Program-made: the position numbers and the translations under genes
Notes under the pieces: generated by a model
Told to the model about the DNA's origin: nothing
Database searches by the model: none
Seen by the model: the letters and a program-made list of their open reading frames with translations, nothing else
Source of the DNA: Podarcis pityusensis
Lineage: Eukaryota
Assembly (NCBI GenBank): GCA_964106645.2
Contig: OZ067041.1
DNA: 64,000 nucleotides
Strand: one strand, 5' to 3'
In this document: piece by piece, positions 40,830-51,194 of the stretch
Layout of the letters: each line of letters starts with the position of its first letter
Numbering within the stretch: the stretch's first letter is position 1

Positions 40830-41694
40830 GTAGTAATTCCATTTAGCTATCATGGCTGTTAAGAGGCGCTTCCATTGCTGTCCCCTGAAGATAATGGAAT
40901 GGTGGCAGTTGTTAGGCCTCTCTCTCAGCACTGCCAGACTCACAAGAATGGTGAGTACAGTGTGCGGTGGCAATGGTGAAATGCTCTCCCCACAGTTAGC
41001 AGAGGAATCAGGACTAGCAGAGGAAGTGAAAAGTCTTGTTTAAACATGGATATATATTTGTGAAGTGTGTTTATAAAAAACATGGCAGGAAAAGGGAAAA
41101 ACCCATCTCCAGTGTCTGGATTATTATGCTTTAGTTCCCATCAGGTGCAAGAGATTCATACAGAGAAACTGATCCCTATGTTTTTCTGATCCTTTTAATA
41201 GCTGCAGAACACCATCACCCTTTTTTGTTCCATGACAATAGCATCCTATATGTAAGAACCACCTGAATGTCTTGCCAAATCCCTTAGTAAAGCTGCAAGT
41301 CTATTATCTAAATTTTTCAGTGCATATCACCATACATATTTGTTTTCTGTCTTCCTTATTGAGCTATGTCTCATTATAAAATATGAACAGCAATCAGGTT
41401 CCTGCCAAGCTTCTTTCAATTCAGCGTGAATTTGGATTAATTTTACTGCAGCTGAGGGACTTTAGAGTCACTCTTATGGGAGACTAATGACAGGAATCAC
41501 ACTCACTAAGTGTGACAGATTATAAAATTATAAAGCGCTTTATAAATGAGTTCTGCCTCTGTGAACCTAAACCTATTTTGAAAGATGGGCCCAAAGTAGA
41601 TCACTAGGTCTAAATATGCACTAAACCACAGAGACCTTTTGTACCTGATCTACGTCTGAAGGTGGTAGCTTAACATTCTATCCTGTACAAAACG

Positions 41695-43097
41695 CTATAC
41701 AGAGGGTATAGAACTTCTAGTAGTTCTAAACAATATCCAAAGATTTAGATAACATACGAATCTGATATTGCATTCCCCCAGTCCTAAAGATGCCTCATTA
41801 GTCAATCCATCTAACAAGGTTGTGTTGACAAAAGCTTCTGTGGTGTTTCCTACTTCTTCTGAAAGGCCCTTCTGGAGCAGGAATTTAGAGATAAGGCTGT
41901 TGAACTTGTTCTCTGTGGTAGATTGTGGTTCTGCAGTTGCGAAAGGATTGTAAGTTGTGGCATTTAGCTCCTCTGGGTCAAGACAAAAACCTTCAGGCGT
42001 TCTCTCGAAAGAAACATCAGTTAGGTCAAGACCAGCCACAGAGGATGGGGAGGCACAAGGAATATCCCTAACAAGTCTGTAGTTCTCCATCCATTCCTTC
42101 AGCCACTCAATCCTGCAGTCGCATTCCCAGGGGTTCCGGAAAAGATAGAGCCTTCCTAGGAAGTAGACAGGTTGGAAGACTGAGAAAGGCAAGGTGGTTA
42201 GGTTGTTACTGTTCAAGTGCAAAGACACCAAGCTTATGAGGTTTTCAAAAGCCCCTTCCTCAATGTGGCTAATCCTGTTCCTGTCCAAATACAAAACTTC
42301 CAGCTCTAACTGGTCCTGGAACCATGTATTAGAGACATTTCGAAGTAAATTGCCGCCAAGATTAAGCATGTTGAGACGTCTTAGGCCGTCAAAACAGTTA
42401 TCAGGGAGGTCACTGAGGACATTGTCATTTAAATAAAGATACTCCAATTTCTGACAGTACTGAAAAGCTCTGTCATGAATCACGTTTATTCTGTTATCTT
42501 GCAGATTGAGATATTTCAGCTGGGTCAGACCCAAGAGAGAATTATAAGCCACAGCTTCGATCTTGTTTTTCTCCAGATAAACATGGGTCAAATTCTCCAT
42601 CCCTCGTATCGCTCCTGGAATCCTTTTGAAGTTGTTCTGAAAGCAAAAGAGTTCCTGAAGGGCTGGAAGCTCTATAAAAATCCTGTCTGGGATGTTGAAA
42701 AGGTTGCAGTCCGCTAAGTCCAGTCTGACGAGCCTCTTGAGTGAAATGAAAGTCCTTGTGTGCAAATACTGAATGTATTCATTGTGGGCCATTTTTAGTT
42801 CCGTCAAGCTGGCCAGCCCTTTGAAAGCACCAGGAGTGATGAAGGATATGTTGTTGTGGCTTAATGAGAGAGATCTGAGGGATGGGAGGGTACCAAATGC
42901 CCTCTCAGCAAGGAATTTGATGCTATTTTTATCCAGGTTAATAGAGTAGGCCTCACAGGGAAACTCTTTAGGGATCTGTGTGAAACCAGCACGGTCGCAA
43001 AGAATGGCACAACTCCTCTCTTGAGTGCACACACAGCTGGTGGGGCAGGAGCGGACACAGGCCCACACACTGTGAACAGGGGGGATGCAGAGAAGGA
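41695..43097 (-). CDS. NYX: Nyctalopin, main coding exon (SLRP-family LRR protein of ON bipolar cells)
   Basis: Acceptor ...cttgccag|TC CTT CTC; Cys-rich N-cap (CVRSCPTSCVC), LRR array, C-cap NPWECDC...PCASP; collinear with nyctalopin (ERAFGTLPSL, FLGRLYLFRNPW, DPEELN); syntenic between CASK and DDX3X. Confidence 0.97.
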
Positions 43098-43219
43098 CTG
43101 GCAAGGAAGTGTACCAGCAAGGGAAGCGGGGGAGAGAAAGAGAGAAATCAGAGATTAGTGAACACTCGCAGTATCAAAACACAATATTTATATAATGAAT
43201 GGATCTTGCTTACTAGTAA

Positions 43220-43645
43220 TTATTATTATCATTATCATTTATTATTTATACTCCGCCCATCCAGCTGGGTTTCCCCAGCCACTCTGGGCAGCTTCCAACA
43301 AAAGATTAAAAATACATTAAAACATCAGTCATTAAAAAGTTCCCTAAACAGGGTTGCCTTCAGATGTCTTCTAAACGTCAGGTAGTTGATTATTTCCTTG
43401 ACATCTGATGGCAGGGTGTTCCATAGGGCAGGGGCCAGTACTGAGAAGGCCCTTTGCCTGGTTCCTTGTAACCTCACTTCTCACAGTGAGGGAACCATCA
43501 GAAGGCCCTCAGCGCTGGACCTCAGTGTCTGGGCTGGATGATGGGGGTGGAGAAGCTCCTTCAGGTATACTGGGCCAAGGCCATTTTGGGCTTTAAAGGT
43601 CAGCACCAACACTTTGAATTGAGCCCGGAAATGTACTGGGATTGA
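43220..43645 (-). mobile_element. L2-clade LINE 3' fragment in the NYX intron
   Basis: ORF 43481..43699 PVHFRAQFKVLVLTFKAQNGLGPVYLKELL...TLRSS. Confidence 0.85.
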
Positions 43646-44571
43646 GTGACTAGTTGCTGAGACAAACACCAGCTGTGGAAGGGTCCTATTAAGTTTCAAG
43701 AAGCTGGTTTACTTTCACAGAATCTCAATAAGCTCTACAAATTATGTGGCATGAGAAAGCTTTGCTATCACATCCAATAGGTGGTTCTTTAGGATCCTTT
43801 CGAGGGAGAGACTTGCCCCCAACTTACATAATGAAGGCATTTTCCCATCCTCTTCCCATCAGTAAGTTTTCTCTGTTCCTGTGAACTGTATTTAAGGGAT
43901 GCAGCTGGAACTAAGCCTAGGACTCTCTCGATTGGGAAAAGGGGAAACTGAAATTATTGGTTGTGAATGGGGAGGCTTCTCAAGTGCACACTGTGGGCAG
44001 GCTAGCCAACCGATAAGATTGTCATCATGGCAGGTGATGAGAGTTTAAAGGCATCAATGTCACTGCAATATTACAGGGTCCTTGTGTCAGCTGATCTGCT
44101 CACAGGGCCCCACATTTTCAAACATTGGGCAAACCATTTTTTAAACACAAGTTAATGGAGTATAAGCAGTAAAAGCTAGCAGGTAGCACTCTTCACAACC
44201 AAACACAAACATGTGGTATTAGGCCAAAATTGTACTCAGCTTCTAAGAGCAAGCTACAAAAGTGCAAAGTCTAATTAAAACGAGTTCACAGTTTTGTCTT
44301 CTGCCCTCAGTGGGACAAGCCCTGCAGGTAACATCCTTTGCTCCCAGACCCTTAATTTGTGGGATCAGTGCGTTGGTTACACATCAAAGACCAGATTATA
44401 TTTACTGTAACTTCATCCAATTGACCACTTTTAAACAGCCATGAGAAGAGATTTGCTTGAAATATTCCTTTGGTTCAGTGCCCAAGTTTGAAGAAAGTTC
44501 TGTCCTCTTTAGTTCTACTAAAATGTGAAGGAGGTATTTCTACTGGTTTTTGTCCCCTTTAGAAATAAATT

Positions 44572-44720
44572 AAAAAATCGTCCAGTAGCGCCTTAGAGAC
44601 CAACTAAGTTTGTTCTGGGTATAAGCTTTCATGTGCATGTCTCTAAGATGCTATTGGACATTTTTTTAATTTTTAAAATTTATTTCGACTGCGTCAGACC
44701 AACACGGCTACCTGAATCTT
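44572..44720. mobile_element. Penelope-like element terminal remnant with inverted repeat
   Basis: Inverted repeat GTCCAGTAGCGCCTTAGAGAC (44580-44600) / GTCTCTAAGATGCTATTGGAC (44639-44659); AAGCTTTC and AACACGGCTAC motifs that I associate with reptile Penelope ends. Confidence 0.55.
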
Positions 44721-46439
44721 GCCTCCTTTAGGTTACTATAAGAGGCTTCATGAGGAATTCTCTGGAGATCTCTGTAATGCCAGCACAATGACATAAGAAG
44801 GAGCAACTCCTCCTCTTGCATGCTAAACTATTTGTATCGTTTACACTTCAGAACTATTAAAAACCACTTTACTTAAACTTTCATCATCCTTACCTTCCTG
44901 CTTTCAGTATTCCTCTGTGGAACATTCCAGATTTGATATTTAAACATCAGATACCGCATGCGATCAAATGGATTGACACATGCAGCCACAACCTGCTACA
45001 GGAGGCTGTGAGTTTGAGCAGAAGAATTTCATTCCATGCTCCTTCAGTTTTTTTTTCTGTTCAAAATTGCCCTCTGCCTCTGAAGTGAAACATATTGGGC
45101 CCTGTGTTTTCTCTCTCTCTAAGGTGGAGAAGGTATGGGGGGGGGTGTTGTTTTGAACAGAAAAGCAATTGGGATTGAAAGGGTTAAGCAGTTCCCTTTC
45201 CCCCCAAAGTTCTTCTGCTCAAACCTGCAGGCTCCTTAGGCCTCCATGACATAATTTAAGCATCATTTCTGGATGGGGGGGGGGGGGAGGAATACATTTT
45301 TTAAATCCTTTGTGCTTTATGCACCATGGAGATGGATATACCGAACATCACAGATCTATTTTGCAAAGTGCCTCAAGAGTGTAGACAAACTCAGGCCTGT
45401 TTGACATTTGAAAAGCTACTCCAGGGCATTCATTTCATTCTCTGCATACTGTATGAACAAAGGCCAGAGGTGGGCTGAATTTGTCTTATAGAATGTAAGT
45501 ATTTTGTTTTCCTAGAAGACCAACGTGCTTTAAAGTGTGCATGCTTAGGATCTCTCAGATATGGTGTTCGGAGTGATCCGAGGAATGCACTCTTGCTTAA
45601 AAACAGAGAAAAATATATACAACACATAGCTCACTGTTTTTGGGTTGTATACAACATAGTGCTATGGCAGGGCACCATCAGTGCAAAGTTTACCACTAGC
45701 ATAATAGGACTTCCCCCACTCCTACCCCTGCTAAATCTGTTCAAAGGTTGCCCTCAATACTCCAGATTTGGGGAGGGTGCAAGGGAGAAGAGGAGAAAAG
45801 TCCTGTTGCACTAGCAGTAATCTTTGCACCGAGGGGATGAGTTAGAATACCACTCCACTATTATTAATAATATTAATTCCAGAAACCATCAAGGACTTGG
45901 ACAAGGTGTCAGTGGTGTGTCACATTCACTCAGGCAGATACTTGCACTCAGGACCACTTTTTAATGACTATCTGGAGAGGTGGAAATGTGTCCAAACTGA
46001 CTGTCCTGATTTGACATTTGAGAATTATTTCGTGTCCAGGATTCTAGGTGCTGCTTGAAACTTGCTAATGGACTACCCCCCAGAGCAAAATACATTTATA
46101 AAGCAACATGTAATTAATAAATGTGTGCTTGTAGCCTTTCTAAGAGTCCTCTCTGTGAAGCTTGGATGCTACACACTCTTACTGAATAGTGAGCAGACAA
46201 CGCCTAATGATATCAATCTGCTTGCACAATAGAAATCAGCTTGTGCAACAAGACCTCCGATTTCCCTTCTCCCCACTGTGCCCCCCCCCCCAATATCTGC
46301 TTGAGAGAGACTGCCAACCCTCCAAAGCAGATTTTTGGGGGCACACAGGGAAGGAGAAACAGACCCACTCGTACTATGTTGGAACTCATTTCTCTGCACA
46401 CTTTTGCCTCTGCCCCCCCCCCACCATGGCCCCTTAAAA

Positions 46440-46575
46440 AGGGTCCCCATCCTTGCTCCAGATGTTGTTGGGACTCCAACTCCCATCAGTCATCACCAGC
46501 ATGGCCAGTGACCAACAAATGATGGGAGTTGTAGTCCAACAACATTTAGAGGGCTATAGGCTCCCCATCCCTGCT
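46440..46575. mobile_element. Degenerate copy of the palindromic hAT MITE family
   Basis: GATGTTGTTGGGACTCCAACTCCCATCA...TGATGGGAGTTGTAGTCCAACAACAT. Confidence 0.75.
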
Positions 46576-47669
46576 ATAAGTCCTGCCTTAAAAGTTGGAA
46601 TAGGAATAATCAAGTACTTGGGGTGGAGGGAAGGACATTTTAAAGGGATTTAAAAAACCCACACACCATCATTTATGTTAATAAATGGTAAGAAACACAT
46701 CTTTCTCCTACACAGATGTATCTTTGGTACTTAGGAACATAAAGGGTGGTAACATTAAGGCCTACAGCTACATTAAAATAAAGCCTGCTGCATAACTCTT
46801 TCTGTTCATTTCCACTTAACTAAAAGGCATCAACGCTAGTCTGTGTATTGTGTGTAGGTCAGCTTTAATGACCACATTGCAATAGTCCACCATCAAAAAT
46901 CATCTATCTGCACAGCTCTAGTCTACTGTTTATTTAGGCATTATTAACGCAAAACTGTGTCACCCAGAATTAAGTATGCATTACCTGAAGGGCTTAGCTA
47001 TTCCATGCAAGAGAAGGAAGGATAAACTAAGTCAAAAGAGCACTAAACTGAGGTAAATAATCACCCCACTGTAAACTGGATCCCCACTTTATTCTAATTT
47101 GCCTCAGTATAGCAGGGAATGGGCAGTGTTTTTCTTTTTCATAAAATTGTCCCTAATCAAAGTCACAAATTAAGCCACACAAAATGCTAAAAAGTTCTTC
47201 AAATCCCAAATATCAATTTGACATTTGTAGCAAGTATCCATTTTAGGTATCCAAAGAAAGGAATAAGCTTAAAGGACAGCCGCCATACTGTCTTTACACA
47301 GAAAGACAGTTAATACATAATTAAGTAGAGTCCACAGAGGGATACAATTTCCTCAGAGTTCATGGTCCATATTTCTCTTCAAAGAACCACAAAAACTAAT
47401 CAATATAATAGATTAAACAAAAGGGGAATTGCTGGTGTTCAGATATGACTGAAGTAAAAGGGCAGCATAGCAGAAAAATGACACAGATGTTGTAATAATT
47501 GGCAAATGATCCAGTCCTGTACCTTTATGCTGAAAAATCTGACTCTTAAAACTGATAAATTTCCTGCAGTGCGTGCTTAACATAAATTAACTCTTTCAAA
47601 CTAAAAGAACTAAACACTACTAGCTTTAGAAATTGCTGTAAAATTTTGTGGAATGAAAAGTCTACTTAC

Positions 47670-47691
47670 CATTTAAAATGATGACAAACAT
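47670..47691 (-). CDS. NYX: Nyctalopin first coding exon, MFVIILN + phase 1 (whole exon 47670-47733)
   Basis: ATG TTT GTC ATC ATT TTA AAT G|gtaagt; acceptor cttttag| at 47734-47735; splices in frame to give the signal peptide MFVIILNVLLCIPPVHSVWA and a 474-aa protein. Confidence 0.9.
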
Positions 47692-48141
47692 TACCCTGAT
47701 TAGTTGCTTGTGGCATCTCAGGTCCTCCAAAATCTAAAAGCAGACCAAAAACAGGGAACTATGCCATACAGTTCTCATTTGCAATTGTCCTTTGCCTCTC
47801 CTTTTTAAAAAGTACTGCTTATGTTTTTTTCATCCTCTGTCTGAAAGCACAATTTATCTCCCCTCTGCTGGTTTCTTCCACAAACCTTTCCAACCAGTAA
47901 CCCAATCCTTTGCATCTTTATTTTCAGAGTGAATTGGATTCCCACTAAATTCAATGGGACTTTCTCCCAAAAAATTGTGCATTGGATTGCGATCCTACTT
48001 GCCCAGTCTTATAATACATCACACTGAAATATGAAGTGGACTGGAAATAATGAAAATGTATGACTATTTGTAACCAGCCACAGATACTTTCCTCCACCAA
48101 CATCTACAGAATCAAAGTGAAGTAGAAAAAGGACTGGTTAC

Positions 48142-48480
48142 CTGCCTCCCTTACCTGACAGGGGGATGTCTGTGTTGTCCTTTTTTCTTCTGAAGCTTGC
48201 GGTTAGCTCTGTTGCAGCATCTCTGAAAGGCTGGCATTTTCTCTGCTCTCAAAAGCTATCATTTAATGGCAGGAAAATCCTCTGTATCAGGGGAGGATTA
48301 GCAGAGACGGATGAGTTTGTCTTGTTCCATAAAGCTCCTGGATTGTTGACAAATCCATCAGCTTTTATTCCCCTCACACCCCCCAAAAATCAGACAGGAG
48401 CTGGCCCTCAGCCATCCCCAGCATTACAAAGGAAAACAACCCTCGGCCAGTGCTAGTTACATAAGGAGAGGCATATAATT
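48142..48480 (-). promoter_or_regulatory. NYX: Candidate NYX non-coding first exon and proximal promoter
   Basis: Two tandem donors, CAG|GTAAGG (exon end 48155) and CAG|GTAACC (48142), upstream of the acceptor-bearing ATG exon; TAATCC (CRX/OTX2-type site) at 48295-48300. Confidence 0.35.
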
Positions 48481-49410
48481 ATGTTTGAGGGCAAGCTTAT
48501 GATTTTAGCATACACAGTGACTGAGGAAGGCACACACCTGACTTCTCCTATCAAGGGAAAGTCTCAAAACTCAGCTGCCTGCCATAATCTGAACCACAAC
48601 ACATAGCAGTGGAACTGGATCTACCATTGGGCTGAGTGAGGCAACCACCTCAGGAAGCAGATGCTGGGACAGAAATGTGTCGTCCCCCCCCCCCCCATGT
48701 CTTTGAACAATGCCCCCACAGATGCAGTGGGGAAAATGCTGTCTAGCCACCAGGGCTGAAGTAACAAACATTTCTGGTGCCAGATGCTGTTCTCTTAGCA
48801 TGCACTAGTTGCACAACCAACCTGTTGCATAGTGGAGAAAGTGGCCATCAGCTGCAGTCATGCAATAGGACTTTATTTGCTCTCCCTGCCCCAGCATGCC
48901 TTCCAGATTGGGGGAGGGTGGAGCAAAAGGCAAAGTTCTGTTGTTGAAACATCACTTGCATGTTTGTGCTTTTCGGTGCATCTGCACCCAGTATTTGTGG
49001 GATAATCAGGCTTAAGCCTAATTAATGAAAGGGTTAAGACCATAGAGTAAGCTGTCGTGCCAGGTTTAGCTAGGTCACTTCCCCTCGCATTAGGAAGGTG
49101 ATAAAGCCTTTGTTCTTCCATTCCATCATGCAAACTCTACCTCTAGCTTAGACCATGTGACTTAAGCAAGCCATCCTTGTGTTTCTATACTTTAGGAACT
49201 TTCACGACTTTGGAACCCCAATCTTACTGCTTGTCTTTTCTGACTGCTCTACGGAAAAGCACACAAATCTGACCTTTGAAGAGTTTGTAAGTAAACCTTC
49301 AACTTACCAAACCCGTGGTTTTTTTCTATGCTAAGAGAAGTGGAGAACTTTAGAAGCAACTGAGGGATTATTTTAAAGGTCTACTGCTCCATCCACTTTC
49401 CTTTGCTGTA

Positions 49411-49648
49411 TGGTCGTACCTTGGAAGTCAAACAGAATCCGTTCTGGAAGTCTGTTTGACTTGCAAAACATTTCACTTCCAAAGCGCGGCTTCCGATTGG
49501 CTGCAGGAAGCTCCTGCAGCCAATCAGAAGACCTGTCAAGACATTCGGCTTCCCAAAGAATGTTAAAAAATGAGTCACTTATGGGTTTTGATCGTTTGGG
49601 AACGGGAACGTTCGACTCCCAAGGTGTTGGGGAGCAAAGGTATGACTA
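49411..49648. mobile_element. Tc1/mariner (Tigger-like) MITE
   Basis: TA flanks; TIR-like GTCGTACCTTGGAAGTC vs GACTCCCAAGGT...AAGGTATGAC; central palindrome GATTGGCTGCAGGAAGCTCCTGCAGCCAATC. Confidence 0.75.
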
Positions 49649-51194
49649 TATTTAAATCTCTGCTGAGGTTTTCTCACCAGAGTACTTGCCCCAAACCTAG
49701 ATCTCAGGCATCTAGGGAATTCTTTTTATTATACCCAATATATATTTATTTTAACCAGAAAACGAAACCCACACTATTTCCCTCCACCTGATGTACCAAC
49801 AACACAAGGCACAGCCTGCACCCACTTCCGTAGTACATTAATACAAGTGCAATATGTAACAATGTTGCAGTGGATTCACATCCCCTAAGAGGAATGTTCC
49901 TCTTCTGGAGCCTTGTAGTACTTATTCCAGGGAAGCAGGGAACAGCAAGGTGTCAAGGGATGGATATAGTCAAAAATATATGGAGGGCACCAGGTTGGCA
50001 GTGTATTAAGTGAGCTGCCAGCCCTATCCCCAAACACTTTAGTGACTGAGGGGGTGGGTTGAGAGTTCTTACCATAAAAACCCAGCTTATTTCAGGTAAT
50101 TTTTAACTCAATGCATCATTTGTAGGAGACAAATACTTTAATGGCTTCCTGGCAGACTTGTCTTCCCAGGCTTTTATCACGTCTTAATTTTGTTCCTTCT
50201 TCCATTGCTGTATTGTGCAATTACATTGTAAACTGCTCTGCTAAATTTTATACTGCCAACAGTAAAGCAAACTAAAACTTCCAAGTTAAGATTGTGAAGA
50301 TCACATTTCAATTACAGAGCTTTTTAAAGCTTGACACCCTATAATCTCCAACCATTCTCAATTTGTCTGAGCTGCCGTTTTCAGAATGACTTTTGGAAGA
50401 TTGTGCTTTCTCTATTGGAAGTTACCCTCGCCATCTGCAGTCACTTACTCCAGCAGCAATCTCAGGGGTTAAGTACCTTCCCGTACCAGGTGTGGACACA
50501 ACTTTATTTCAGCATTTTATTCCACCTTTAAGTAGTTTAATGCTGGTTGAGTTGTGTGAATGCTGAAGTTTCAGGTACTTTGTTTAAACAGAGATCTGTT
50601 CCACATTTAAAGATAGAAAAAATGTATTTTAATGATTTAATAATAAACATTCAAGGACCTCTGAATTGAAAAGGGCACTTGAGCTAATTGAAACCACACT
50701 TATTCCTTTTCACACCCTTCAATTACTATATGGACATAAAGCATATAATTCTGGAAATATATTGGGGTGAATTCTGACTATGAAAGTGTTTTGGTGTTAA
50801 AACTCTGAATGGCATGCAAGATCATTCTGCAAGGGGTTTAAATCCACATACCACTGATCAGTTGTTTGGGAGGAAAGGGGTTTGGGGCAAAATCTATTAT
50901 CTGATCAAGCAGCCATTTTTCTGCAGGTGGGAGGAAGACCCACCACTTGAACAACATCCCCACATTTAAGAAAACATGAGGCAAAACAGGCCACTAGGTC
51001 TGGGGGACCAAGCAAAACAGCTACAAGGGGCTGTTCCATATAATGACCTTTCCTAGCTAAATGTGTGAGCTGCTTCTATTAGAAACTTGCATCTGTGGCA
51101 CTTAAGCTGGGGTGTCTCACTGCAATCAGTAATGATTAACAATGAAAAAGGAGAAGCCCATTTTGTCACCAAGAAAAAGACCATCAACATAAAG

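Noticed and set aside
43098-43104. ORF-track start of NYX at 43104 (MPVLL...)
   Set aside because: The start codon is TTG inside the splice acceptor; the real ATG is in the upstream exon at 47691
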